DNA of 64,000 bases. It comes from Malacoraja senta. Taxonomy: Eukaryota. The stretch's first letter is position 1. Each line of letters starts with the position of its first letter. Positions 39,086 to 52,736 of this stretch are shown here, one piece after another. Both the position numbers and the translations under genes were made by a program. The DNA is taken from contig CM075988.1 of assembly GCA_038087875.1 (NCBI GenBank), positions 8,558,001 to 8,622,000 on the forward strand, given 5' to 3'. The notes under the pieces were generated by a model. That model searched no databases, had not been told where the DNA came from, and worked only from the letters and a program-made list of their open reading frames with translations.

Positions 39086-42000
39086 AGCAATAATAACCAG
39101 ACTTGCCAGGGAACACCCTACCAGTTTATTGTATCTCCATGTGTGGACATTTATCCCCAATAGCTTCGTATGTGAAGTTTCCTGTTCCTGATCTGCTTTT
39201 CCCCACTGTTCCCACAGTGCGAGCAGTGAGTGTGCTGACTCATAGATCCAAGGTTTGGGATCACGAGGTCTCAGTCAAAGCTTCATTTCTGCTGGGACAT
39301 TGGGGCTACATTGGTCTGCCATTTTTTTTAAACTTTCCTGACTCTTTAGTGACCCACTGCTTCTTTATTACTCCATGCAGACTGCTCTGAAGATTCGCAA
39401 AGGACTACGATAAACCATTAAAAAGGAAGAGGCACACTATTTATATGTTACTGTTCAGAATCTCAGAATGTCCCAATGCACTTTACAATCTAATTAAGTG
39501 CTTCTGAAGTGTAGTCACAGTTTTAATGTAAAAAAATACGCAGCTAATGAGCACACAGCTTCTTTCCACAAATAACAATATATTATTGCAGAGATAATCG
39601 GTTTATCAGTGATGGTGTGCTGATGGTATAGATCGGGGCCATGCCCTCTGGTAAGTGAGTGAACCTTGATATGCAATCACAGTCAGGTACAAATATGTGT
39701 GTCCCAGTGGGGTTGGTTACCTAACTCTAGATTTGTCCTGTTTGTAGGTTAATTTGCTTCTGACAAAAAAAAAAGAAAATTGCCCCTAATGTTTAGGGAG
39801 CAAATGAGAAAATGGGATGACATAGAACTATAGTGAACGGGTGATCGATGGCCAGCGGAGACTCAGTGGGCATAATGCTTGTTTCCATGCTGTATCTCTA
39901 AACTAAACTCTGGATGCTCTGGAGTAACTCAGCGGGTCAGGGAGCATCTCTGGAGAACAGGATAGGCGACGTTTCAGATCAGGACCCTTCTTCAGACATT
40001 GGAGTAGGGAAGCAAATGATGGAAGTGAGGTCGGAACAGGACAAAGCCTGGCACGCGAAAGGGGGATAGACACAAAGTGCTGGAGTAACTCAGCGGGTTA
40101 GGCAGCAGCTCCCTATATATGATGCTTGGTGAGATGCTGCCTGACCCACTGAGTTACTCCAGCACTTTGTGTCTAGCTTCGGTATATACCAGCATCTGCA
40201 GTTCCTTTCCACGCAAGTGATAGGGGGGATACAGGTGAGGGTTTTTTAGGTTGGCAGAAGGGTGGACAAAGGCTAGAGATGGAAAGAAGACAAAAGACTG
40301 TGAGGTAAGGAGTGAAGAGCAGCAAAACATGAAGCCAGAGGAAGAGAAATAAGTGGAAGGGGATGGGTAAGGGGAAAGGGGGGGCAGGATAGTGGGTGAA
40401 ATGAGTGTACATCCAGGCAGGACTTGCGGAAGCGTGGGGGAAGATAACGAGGGGGCAGGTGTTGTTGGTGGGTTACCTAAAATTGGAGAATTCAATGTTC
40501 TTACTGCTGGGTTGTAAGGTATCCAAGCTGAATATAAGGTAAACTAGCATCTGCAGTCTGAAGAAGGGTCTCGACCCAAAACATCACCCAGTCCTTCTCT
40601 CTACAGATGCTGCCTGTCCTGCTGAGATATTCCAGCTTTTTGTGTCAATCTGCAGTTCCTTGTGTCTATTTTATGAAAGGCTCGCTGGCCCTTGCCTTCT
40701 CTTGCTTCACCTCACTCGTGCTGCTCCTTCAAGTACTCTCTCATCTGGGACAAGTAACATATATTAGCACCGGTTGTGTGCAGCTGATGGTAGTTAAGGA
40801 AGTTTAATGGGTACGAGAATGAGGGATGGTATCAAGTCAGTACTTATTCACTGACTATTGAGCACTAGTCAGAAGGTGAAGTGTGGGAAAAGAATACCCT
40901 TGAAGAAGTAAAGAAAATTTTATTACTTTGAAGGCAAGCGTCGAAGGAAGATGAAACACTGCGGTTGTCTGGCTCCCCATCAAAGTAAATTTTGTGAAGG
41001 TAGATGTACCTGCAGATGCTGGTTTACAAAATAAGACACATAATGCTGGACTATCGCAGCGAGTCAGGCAGCATCTCTTGAGAACATGGGGAGGTGGAGT
41101 TTCATGTCAGGGTCTTTGTCTGAAGAAGGGTCCTGACCCAAAACATGTTCTCTGGAGATGCAGCCTGACCCGCAGTAAGTTTTTGCTGATTTTACACACT
41201 GTTTTCTCCTTTGTAAGAACAAATTGTGGCCAAAGGGCCTGTTCCTGTGCTGTACCTTTCCATGTTCTTTGTTTTTTGATCTATGCAACAGTAATTTCTT
41301 CAAAAAGTTGAAATAAAAGAAACCATTTATAGAAAGCTTTGGGAAAAACCCAGCAGAGATTAAATCTACTGGGATATTCTTTTATGAAGCCAGCAAGCAT
41401 TCTAAACCATTTAGGAGATCACATTCACTAAGTATTACTGGCAAACTCGGAGACTGCTGTGGCAAGACCGACCCCACAACGCCGCCATGACAACGGGCCT
41501 TCATGGTCAGGTCAAGAACCTTGCACTTACAAACTGAGACTTGAAAATGGCGCAAAAACTGGCAGATCTGTTTACTGTCTCAGTGTCCTAGTTCTATACA
41601 CTTGTATTGTATGTGAGATGCTTATCTAAGATGTGTAGTGATGCTTATGTGTAGTGATATTTGAACTGAATTCTATACAAAAATGAATTTCACTGTACCT
41701 CAGTACATGCGACAAATAAAGTACTCCTGTAACCATTATAATTACCCAAAACCTTAAGATGGGAAGTTGAAAGTGAATACTGTATAACTGATGCAGAATA
41801 TAAAGTCTGTACCTCAAAGCACTTTTCTCTGAATTAATGTAGTTAATACCAAAAGTACTCATTCTGGTCTTGGAACAGCATGTTAGGTGGACCCTGTACC
41901 TAAGGATTGGATAGTAGGAAGAGTGTTCTGTACAGTGAAGGATCAGTGACTTGGGAAAATGAGGACAAAGAGCGAATCTCAGGTTAAGACCCATTTTTAA

Positions 42001-43754
42001 ATGATGCTCACTGATGCAATTCTTCAAACAGAATGTGAAAGATCGGATGTTAAAGTCGCAAAGAGTGTGCGATGAATTCAGATTCTGTTTAGCTGATGCA
42101 TGACAAATAGTGGCCTTTTAAGATGTCAGAAACAGGTCGGATAGAATAATGAATTTTACTAAACAGGACAGGGAAGCACAGAGTGCAGTAGCGTGGCTAG
42201 CCCTGACAAGTTTATTATAGAGTGTTTGTCATGTGGTCTATCGATCACTGTTCCGCACCTGGGACTCTACAACAGGGGATGTTGGGCAGAGAGAGGAGGC
42301 ATCAGCTGCTGTCACCCACCGGGAACATAACTACTTGAAACTAGCCCGACCCATAACATATTAAGAACTAATAAGGACAAACACCGAGCCCAGCAACTGA
42401 CAGGAAATTGCCAGTCTTTCTCTTCTAAACTGAGCATGACTGACAGGATTCAGGCTGCAAAGTTAATGGTACAGTTATCATCCTTGTTCATAGTTACCAG
42501 TTACACACTCCCCACTTCCCATTGCGGTGAGCTTTAAGCATAAAATGATGACAAACAGACTGATTTCTATTCGTAACACTAACAGTGGATGTTTTCCAGC
42601 AAGTGCACAGAGGCTATGAATGCATTAAAAAGACACAAAGTGCTGGAGTAAGTCAGTGGGTCAGGAAGCATTTCTGGAGAACATGGATAGGTGACGTTTC
42701 GGGTCTGGACCCTTCTGCAGACTCAAAGTCTGCAGAAGCGTCCCGACTCCAAATGTTGTCCGTCCATTCCCTCCACAGATGCTTCCTGACCCGCTGACTT
42801 ACTCCAGCACTTTGGTTTTTTTTATTTTGGGGTCTTCTTTTCTCTGAATTCATTAATTCAGAGGAAAGAACCAGCATCTGAAGTTCTTTGGGTCTTTAAG
42901 AATACATAATCCTGTCACACCAGATGGGATGAAAAATGAAAATGCCTTCAAACACATGAAGCCTTCGAATTATGTTCATGAGCTCAGAATTGCTCGGGGT
43001 ACTTGATGGACAACAAAACACTTTTGAATTTAGATTCATCATTGAAATGCAGCAGACTAATTTGCCATTGCAAGATCCCCCATGTAATAATGACAAGACA
43101 ACCAGTTACTGTGCCGATTTAGTTTAGCGGGAACAGGTTGGAAACGGCCCCTTCAGCCCACCGAGTCCAAGTCGATCATCGATCACACTTTCACTCACAA
43201 GTTCTATGTTATCCCACTTTCTCACCCACTCCCTACACTCTTGGAGTAATTAACAGAGGCCAACTAACCTACAAACCCGCATAACTTTGGGATGTGCGAG
43301 GAAACGGGAGCACCTGGAGGAAACCTCACAGGGAGAACTTGCGAACTCCGCCCAGACAGTCGAGGCCAGGTCTCTGGCGTTGCAGCTTTACCAGTTGCGC
43401 CAATGTACCACCACAAGGACGTCGGCCTTGAATCTGGTTCTGTCAGGGCAGGCAAATGGGAGAGAGTACATAGATGTCCTGCTATAGACACAAAATGCTG
43501 GAGTAACTCAGCGGGACAGGCAGCATCTTTGGAGAGAAGGAATGGGTGATGTTGCAGGTCGAGACCCTTCTTCAGACTCAACGTTTTGGGTGTCATCCCG
43601 AAGCGTCACCCATTCCTTCTCTGCAGTGATGCTGCCTGTCCCGCTGAGTTACTCCAGCATTTTGTGTCTATCTTTGGTTTAAACCAGCATCTGCAGTTCC
43701 TTCATACACATAGATGTTTTGCTATTGTGCTTTTCAATTCAATTTATGTGTCTT

Positions 43755-44245
43755 TTGGACAAATTTGTCATTTGGACCCCTTGAGGTCCAAACGAAATGT
43801 CGTTTCTGCAGCCATACAATACAAAACGAAGAAGACCCGAGACACAACACAATTTACACATACATCCATCACAACGCTGTGATGGAAGGCAAAAAAAAAA
43901 AACGTATCTCTCCACTGCACTCCCCCCCCCCCCGATGTCAGAGTCAAAGTCAAAGCCCCCGGCGGGCGATGGTGATTATCCCGCTGCCATTAAAGCCACG
44001 CCGGGTGATGCAAGGTCGCGCACCGGTTCTTGGTGTTAGAGCCCCGGCGCGCGCCCGCAAAGTTCGGCGGCCATTCCAAGCCGCGCGGGGGGATAAAGCC
44101 CCACTCCAGGTGCTCTTCAACCCCGCAACTCGTGCGGGAGAAGTCGTCGCTGCGGAAGCCCCGAAAAGCGGTCTCCCACCAGGGACCCGCGGGCTTCCAG
44201 TGTTGCAGTCCTCCAGACCCGCGGTTGTAGCCTCCGAATCCGCAT
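43755..44245 (-). mobile_element. GC-rich non-autonomous retroposon fragment
   Basis: Body similar to the reverse complement of 37920-38120. Hairpin at 43865-43886. Confidence 0.65.
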
Positions 44246-44929
44246 GTGTTGAATGAGTTGACGTTTTCCTTTCCTGCACATGAAATCCAATTCATTATTC
44301 TACAATATGTCCTTTCAAGATTCCTTAAACAGGAAAGTACGCATCAATAAACTAGCAAAGGGAAGGGAGAGCTATCTGATATTCAAAGTGCGCTATGCAA
44401 CACTAGTTAACACAAATGTGTTCCATGCTGTGACTCCACTATACTTTATTGCGTGCAAGAAATGCAGGGCAGCCTTTGAAGAGACTTAATAAAATGGAGT
44501 GCTAATTTATTATTGAATCCTTTGATGTTCAATTCACGGAGTGCATTCAATGGGAAACATTAAAGTAATCAAAAAAGCAATTTAATTTCTATCATAAAAT
44601 ATTCCTTAATATTGCACTGCTTGGTGGTTTGAAGTTTCATGTGGGAAGGTGGAGAATCAACAGCCCATGAATCATAATGTAAAAACAAAATGGTACACTT
44701 GCTAGAAATCTGAAATAGTATCAGAAAATTCTGGAAATACTGATGGGTCAGGCACCAATAGTCGGGAAATGAACCAAGATTTAATGTTTCATGCTATTAA
44801 GTGTTCATCGGAACAGGGGCAGAGCCATTTCTCATAAGTTTAACAATGCAGTCTTACGTTATTTAATTAAGATTTTTCAGATCTTAAGATGTTTACAATA
44901 GTGTTTAGGAAGGAACTGCAGATGCTGGT

Positions 44930-45755
44930 CGGTGGGGGCGTGTGAGCCAGTTTTTCCTACTTTTTTTGTTTTTTTGGCATGTGTGTTTTTTTTTTAAATG
45001 TTTCTCAGTGTGTCTTGTGTGGGGGGTGGTGTGGGGGATAAGGGGGAAACCGCTTCGGTCGCCTCCTCCACGGAGAAGCGACTTTTTCCATGTCGCCTCC
45101 CTTGCGGCCTAACACGAGGATCGGTGCGGCCTTTCCCGGAGACGCGCCCGGGGCTTCTGCGGCGTGCGCAGCGTAGACTTTTTCATCGAGGAGCGGGCGA
45201 GCCCTCACCGGGGGTCGCCGGAAGGGAGCGCTCCGTTCGCTGGCCCGCGGCAGCCTGAAGCCGCGGTCTGCGGAGCTCTAGCTGGCGCGGCGTCCGGAGC
45301 CTGGGATCCCTCGTTGGGGACCCCGGAGGACAAGAGCTCCGACCGCCGGCCCGCGGCCTACTTCTAACCGCGGGCGTGGCGGGGTCTTACCATCCAGAGT
45401 GGGATCCCTCGCCGGGGATCCCTGGAGAAGAGCTCGGACCGCCGGCCCTGCAGTCTGCGGTGCTTCTAACTGCAGCACGGCGGGGACTTTAGATCTTCGA
45501 CCTATACCATCTTGAAGCCGCGGTCTCCGGTAGGGAAGCACCGATTCAGGACTTACTTGGCTACACATCTGGCCGCCTGCAGCGGCGACTGCGGAGGGCT
45601 GTGGTCCCGACCACGGGGGAAAATGGAGGAAGACTGACTAAACTTTGTGCCTTCCACCACAGTGATGAATGCTGAGGTGGATGTTTGTTTTAAATTTTTA
45701 TTGTGTATTGTGTGTTCTTTTTTTCATTTTACCACTGCTGGCAAGTTCGTTTCAG
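44930..45755 (+). mobile_element. GC-rich non-autonomous retroposon, related subfamily
   Basis: Same architecture as 37552-38390 (T-rich, G-rich GGGGGAAAC, GC body, hairpin 45653-45681), with pLTR pieces on both sides. Confidence 0.6.
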
Positions 45756-48325
45756 GCCAGAACCTTTCTTCAGACCCTTGCAACCTGAAACGTCACCCAT
45801 CCTTTTCCTCCAGAGATGCTGCCTGACCCGCGGAGTTACTCCAGCACTTTGAGTCTATCATCGGAATTTACAATACTGTTCATTATCCACTGGGGATCAG
45901 CATGTCCTACGTTCTGCAGCCACTTTTCTTTGACTTTGGTCTCTACCCAAGCATCATTAAGAACAAGGTCTTTAGTGACTTTCTGTTCCTCTCTAGAAAC
46001 CCCTCCTGAGCGCCTGGAAACTTTCTGCTTTTGAAAACAAGAACATCTATATGTTCAACATGCTGTTCAAAGTAGCACATAAACAGGAGAGAACATCTAA
46101 CCAAACATGGCACGATGAACTCCACTATTAGGAGTGATACACTATTAAAACATTACTGAAACATTACCAATATCTGAAAACAGGTCCCGACCCGAAACAT
46201 TACTTACCCATGTTCTCCAGGGATGCTGCCTGACCCGCTAAGTCACTCCAGCACTTTGTGCTCCACCCACATCTAAAACATATGCTTGTTGGAAGGGCAA
46301 TTGACAACTGTAAATGACACCTGTGTAGGTAGGTGGTTGGAGAATCAATGGAGTGCTGATTAGCATGTTAATAGAAAATAATTTGCAGGGATATATATGG
46401 AACAATGCGAGCTGTCAAATGACCTTCCTGTGTCTTAAAAGAACATGAGAAATGAATGGGTGGCATGTAGAGTTGCTGCCTTGCAGCTCCCAAGACCTGG
46501 GTTCGATCCTGACTACGGGTGCTTGTCAGTATGGAGTTTGTACATTCTCTCTGTGACTGCGTGGGTTTTCTCTGGGTGCTTCAGTTTCCTTCCACATTCC
46601 ACATTCCACAAACGTACAGGTTTATAGGTTCATTGGCTTTGGTAACAATTGTAAATTATAGGCAGTGTATGGGGTCAGCGTGGACTCGGTGGACCAAAGA
46701 GCCTGTTTCCATGCTGTATCTCTAAAGTCTAAAGTCTACAAATCTCAGGATTGAGATTAATTGATTTTTGTTTTTTTGGATTTTAAAGTATACATTTAAA
46801 CAAATGTTTAATACAATTCTGGCAGTAATCTAACTGAAGGGCAGAACAAGCCCGAGAGGTTGTTATCACAAAGGGTTTTGCATGGCTTAAGAGTTTAGTT
46901 TAGTTTAGAGATACAGCATGGAAACAGGCCCTTCTAGGTGAGTCCATGGTGACTATCGATCACCAAGGGTCTCGAACCGAAACGTCACCCATTCCTTCTC
47001 TCTAGAGATGCTGCCTGTCCCGCTGAGTAACTCCAGCGTTTTGCATCTATCTACCCGTTCAGACTAGTTCTATGTTATAGCAATGACATCCACTTCCTGC
47101 ACACTAGGGGGAATTTTACAGTAGCCAATTAACCTACGAACTCGCACGTCTTTGGGATGAGGGGGAAAAGCGGAGCACCCGGAGGAAACCTATGTGGGCA
47201 CAGGGAGAATGTGCAAACTCCACACAGACAGCACCGAGGTCAGGATCGAACCTGGGTCTCTGGCGCTATGAGGCAGTGACTCGACCGATTTGCGCCACTG
47301 TGCCGCCTTAGATAACAGTGGTTATTGAAGCTATCTGCGCTGCAGGTGGCACAAGGGGTTAACAGTTCCTTCATCATAACGTGCAGTAAAATCCAACCCT
47401 TAAAAAAATAAATTGAAGTGTCATCTCTCTGCTGGATGTCATGGCACTACATGAATTGAATTGAGACTTCCCAACCCAAGTTACTGGCAGGCAAAGTGCA
47501 AGCTTTTGCCAATGCTCACTGTGAACGGTGCGTTAATATCTGGGACAACTCATTTACCAATGTCTCTTGTCACTGCATGAAAGCAGCTCACTTCTGTTTA
47601 GCTTCTTCCCATAATGGCTGCAATGGGATTTGGGGATTACCACGTGGACAATCACAGGCCTGAGCCCAGCTTCAATCCCCAGCCATCCACTGATAAATCA
47701 AACCTTGCGCCACCCAGCAAACCATCTCTCAAACCAAGCATTTGTCTTGTGAACGGAGAACAAAAAAGTACCCTGGCTGAGTCAGGCCCCCGCTGTTGTT
47801 TCCTCTCTTGCCGGCAGCCCTTCACCTCCACATGAACCCTATTCAGTTCTCCCAAATGCTACGAACAAGCTGTTCCATGGTTAGCCTGCAGCACATTCAA
47901 TAAACAGCTGCTAACTATAAGAGGCAAGGGCAAGAATAGTCAATGCTCTTGGTTGCCTGCTAGCTTGCTGTTGGCTAAACTGGGAGTATGCTGGGAAAAG
48001 GTGTGAGATTTAGTTGTCATGTATCAGTGAGGCGGTTATTGTGTAGGAAGGAACTGCAGAGGCTGGTTTACACAGAATAAAGACACAAAATGCTGGAATA
48101 ACTCAGCGGGACAGACAGCATCTCTGGAGAGAAGGAATGAGTGACTTGCGGTCGAGACCCTTCATCGGACTGGTTGTTATTATTTAGTTGTTGATAACAT
48201 ATAAAAATTCAATCATGGGATGGATGTAGAGTTAAGCAACAAAGTCCAAACATGTTTGCTAAGTTTCTCCTTCTACTTCATAGCGACTGCAGCTACATGC
48301 TTCACCTCCGCTTTCCCTCATATTT

Positions 48326-49990
48326 AGTCACTCTACACCTCCATCCCCCACCAGGAAGGCTTTAAAGCCCTCCGTTTCTGCCTTGACCAAAGAACCATCC
48401 AATTTCCATCTACTAACACTCTACACCGCCTAGCGGAGTCCTAGCGGAGGGAGCTGGTCCTCACCCTCAACAACTCCTTTGACTCCTCCCATTTCCTCCG
48501 TCCAAGGGGTAGCTATGGGAACCCGCATGGGCCCCAGCTATGCCTGCCTCTTTGTAGGGTACGTTGAAGAATCCCTGTTCCAGGCGTACACTGGCCCTAT
48601 CCCCGAACTCCGTTACATTGATGACTGCATCGATGCTACCTCCTGCACCCATGCAGAACTCATGGACTTCATCAACTTCCCCACCAATTTTCATCCTGCA
48701 CTCAAATTTACTTGGACCATCTCCGACACCTCCCTCCCCTTTCTTGATCTTACTGTCTCCATCACAAGAAATAGACTATTGAATGACATCTATTATAAAC
48801 CCACTGACTCCCACAACTATCTCGACTACACTTCTTCCCACCCTGCTTCCTGCAAAGACTCTATCCCCTACTTCCAATTCCTCCGTCTACGCTGCATCTG
48901 ATGAGGTGTTCCATACTAGAACATCCGAGATGTCCTCATTCTTTAGGGAACGGCGGTTCCCCTCTCCCATCATAGATGAAGCCCTCACTCGTGTCTCCTC
49001 GGTACCCCGCAATTCTGCCCTTGCTCCCCCTCCCCCTACTCGCAACAGAGACAGAGTCCCCCTGGTCCTTACCTTCCACCCCATCAGCCGTCGCATACAA
49101 CACATAATCCTCCAAATTTTCAGCCACCTCCAACAGGATCCCACCACTAGCCACAGTTTCCCATCTCCACTCCTTTCCGCCTTCCGCAGAAACCGTTCCC
49201 TCCGCAACTCCCTGGTTAACTCATCCCTTCCCACCCAAACCACCCCCTCCTCAGGTACCTTCCCGTGTAACCGCAGAAGATGCAACACCTGTCGCTATAC
49301 CTCCTCCCTCGACTCTGTCCAGGGATCCCGGCAGTCCTTTCAGGTTAGGCAGAGGTTCACTTGCACCTCCTCCAACCTCATCTACTGTATCCGTTGTTCA
49401 AGATATGGACTCTTATACATCGGCGAGGGAAAATGCAGACTGGTCGATCATTTCGCGGAACACCTTCGCTCAGCCCACATGAGCCAACCTGATCTCCCGG
49501 TTACTGGACACTTTAATTCTCCTTCCCATTCCTACACAGGCCTTTCAGTCCTCCGTCTCCTCCATTGTCAGAGTGAGGCTAAATGCAAATTGGAGGAACA
49601 GCATTTCATATTTCGCTTGGGCAGCTTACAGCCCAGTGGTATGAATATTGATTTGTCTCACTTCAGGTAGCCCCGGCATTCCCTCTCTCTCTACCCCTCC
49701 CCCACTCAAGTCACACTAGCTTCTCGTTTTCACCCTACAAACAGCTTACAATGGCCTATTTCCTTTATCATTGTTACTTTTTTGCATATCTTTCATTCAT
49801 TGTTCTTTATCTCTCCACATCACCAACTATATCTCTCGTCTCCTTTATCCCTAACCAGTCTGAAGAAGGGTCTCGACCCGAAACATCACCCATTCCTTCT
49901 CTCCAGAGATGCTGTCTGTCCCGCTGAGTTATTCCGGCTTTTTGTTTTTATCTCCAGTTTAAACCAGCATCTGTAGTTCCTTCTTACAAA
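48326..49990 (+). mobile_element. Decayed, 5'-truncated PLE (RT C-terminal half, GIY-YIG, pLTR)
   Basis: QGVAMGTRMGPSYACLF, RYIDD, LPFLDL, YKPTDSHNYLDYTSSHP and NLIYCIRC...YIGE...FAEH, with several frameshifts. pLTR at 49856-49990. Confidence 0.92.
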
Positions 49991-51904
49991 CTCTGCTGCA
50001 CGGCTGACTTACATTGAATGTACCAGCCGAATCTGCATGGGAGATAAGGACTTAATGTTAATTACTTCTTGTAATTAACTTTTAATAACGTGTAGAATTG
50101 TTAATTCCTGCCAATCAACCAATCACACGAAAAATATAACTAAGTATGCCGTCTCAGGTTTTTAACTAAGGATTGATTTTTGGGTACACAGGAGACACAA
50201 GGAACTGTAGATGCTAGTTTACAAAAAAAGACACAAAGTGCTGGAGTAACTCACCGGGTCAGGCAGCATCTCTGGAGAACATGGATAGGTGACACAAAAA
50301 TCTGGAGTAACACAGCGGGTGAGACAGCATCTATGGAGAGAAGAAGTCCCTTCTTCATTATGAAGAAGGGACTCGACCCGAAACGTTGCCCATTCCTTCT
50401 CTCCAGAGACGTTGCCTCACCCGCTGTGTTACTCCAGCTTTTTGTGTCTACCTTCGATTTAAACCAGCATCTGCAGTTCTTTCTTGCACATGGATAGGTG
50501 ACATTTCAGTGAGAGGCACTCTCACAGGTACCACTATTTTCAAAGTAGTAAACTACCTCTTCTTACACCTTCTGTTTTTTCATCTCTGGCTTTTGTCCAA
50601 CCATCGGCCTATTACCCACCCTCCCATCCCCCTCCCTTTTACCTGCATCCACCTTTACCTGCGAGGTTTGTCCTGCCCTTCCAGCTTTCTTGCTTCTCCT
50701 TTTCACCCACAATCAGTCCAAAGAAGTGTTCCGGCCTGTAACATCACCTATCCATGTTCTCTAGATATGCTACATGAATAGTACTTTGTGTTACTCCAGC
50801 ACCCTGTAATGTTTTTTGAGAATTTGAAAATTGCCAAGATTGAAAATTTAATACATTGCTCTAGTTTTTTTTCACTCTTAATCCAGCCTTTCGTTTCACA
50901 TATTCCTCTTTCTACACCTGCTGGACACAGAATTCACCCACTCTAATTGCAACTTCTCCAGTTAATTTCTCAGTCTTTCACTTGGAGGTTAGACACAAAA
51001 TGCTGGAGTAACTCAGTGGGACAGGCAGCATCTCTGGAGAGAAGGAATGGGTGACGTTTCGGGTCGAGACCCTTCTCCAGTCTCAATCCATCAGTAGGGC
51101 CATTTTGAAATATTATTATTTGAAGCAATCAGCTAATAATTAGTCAACTGAAAATGGTTAAGCATAAATTTCAACTTAAATTGTACTTGGAAGTTCTCTC
51201 CTTTGTAACTGTGTCTGAATGGTGGGGCAGGCTTGAGGGGCCGAATGGCCTACTCCTGCTGTTATAACAAGAGCTTCATTGGCTGGGGAATGCACTGTTG
51301 TTCTTGAAAGCATGTAGATAAATGAAAGTTTTGCTGCTCAGACACTGGTTGTGATTAATGAACACTAGCATGTCACTGTGTAATTGAAAGAGTTGATTAA
51401 TTTTATCTGGTTAGATGCTGCTGGGGTACAAAAAGATGGATGAAACCAGTCATCCATAGCTTTTCCAGAAAGAAAAGTCTCGTAGCTAAACACCAGTGGT
51501 CTTTTGTGGTTCAGTTTGATCAGCACTCCTGCCCCTCAGTGAGCAGGCTGGGACTCGTATCCATTCTAAAGATTTGGATATCAACTTCTAAGTTTACGCC
51601 CCAGTGTAGAGGGAGTGTTTCTTTATACTTTAAACTTTAGAGATACAATGGAGAAACAGGTCCTTCGGCCCACTGACAAACCCGTACACTAACATTATCC
51701 TACACACACGAGGAACAATTTGCAATTTTTACCGAAGCCAAGAAGATCCACCTCTTCAATAAAAGATTCCTGGCCCACCTCAACTCCACCAAGGACCTTA
51801 AATTAGCCCGCCTCCAGGCCGCTCCCGCCGCCGACTCTCCGCGACTCGACCGCCCGCTGGCTCCGGGCCCCAACTCCGGCCCGCATCGCCTGCCCCGGTC
51901 CCGC

Positions 51905-52114
51905 GACGCCATCTTGTCCACGGGGAGCGACTCCAGTACTCACCAGGACGCCATCTTGTCCACGGGGAGCGCCTCCAGTACTCACCAGGACGCCATCTTG
52001 TCCACGGGGAGCGCCTCCAGTACTCACCAGGACGCCATCTTGTCCACGGGGAGCGCCTCCAGTACTCACCAGGACGCCATCTTGTCCACGGGGAGCGCCT
52101 CCAGTACTCACCAG
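51905..52114 (+). repeat. Five tandem 42-bp units in the PLE N-terminal linker
   Basis: GACGCCATCTTGTCCACGGGGAGCGCCTCCAGTACTCACCAG x5; one substitution in unit 1. In frame (DAILSTGSASSTHQ). Confidence 0.97.
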
Positions 52115-52736
52115 GAAGTCGCCTTCACCGACCTCCACGTCAATGCTGCCGCCGACCTTCACCTGCCTACCGATGACGCCCAGGCTCGCCGCTTCTACGG
52201 TAACTCGGACTTCCTTCCCCTCGCCGATTCCTCCGAACCTCGCCGCCCCCCGGGACCTCCCAGCATCGCCGCCGGACCGGGCCCATCCAGCATCGCCGCC
52301 GGACCGGGCCCACTCTACACGGCCGCCGGACCGGGGATCCACGAACTTGGCCGCCGCACCGCACCCTATTCACCCCGTCGCCTCACCGGACTGGTCGAAC
52401 CGCGCCGCCCCACCGACCATCCGCCTACCGGGACCTCCCACGCATCGCCCGTGGACCCCGACTCTACTGCCCACCTACCCCGACCATCGGGTGCGCCGAC
52501 CCTCGCCACTGCAACGCCCTCCAGCCCCACCGACCCCGACTACACTGCCCACGGACCCCGACCGTCGGGTCCGCTGACCCTCGCCACTGCACCTCCCTCC
52601 AGCAGCCCGCAGCCGTCGCCTTACCTGCAAACTGGACTCTGTACTGGGCCTGAAGCCTCCACGCTGTTCACTCCCACTCTCCTGGGTTTGACTCCACTGG
52701 GTCCTAGCGCTAGTCTGCCTAGCCCTGGTTATCTCA

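Noticed and set aside
51905..52114. Regular 42-bp repeats resembling a CRISPR array
   Set aside because: Head-to-tail units without unique spacers, no cas genes, eukaryotic retroelement context.
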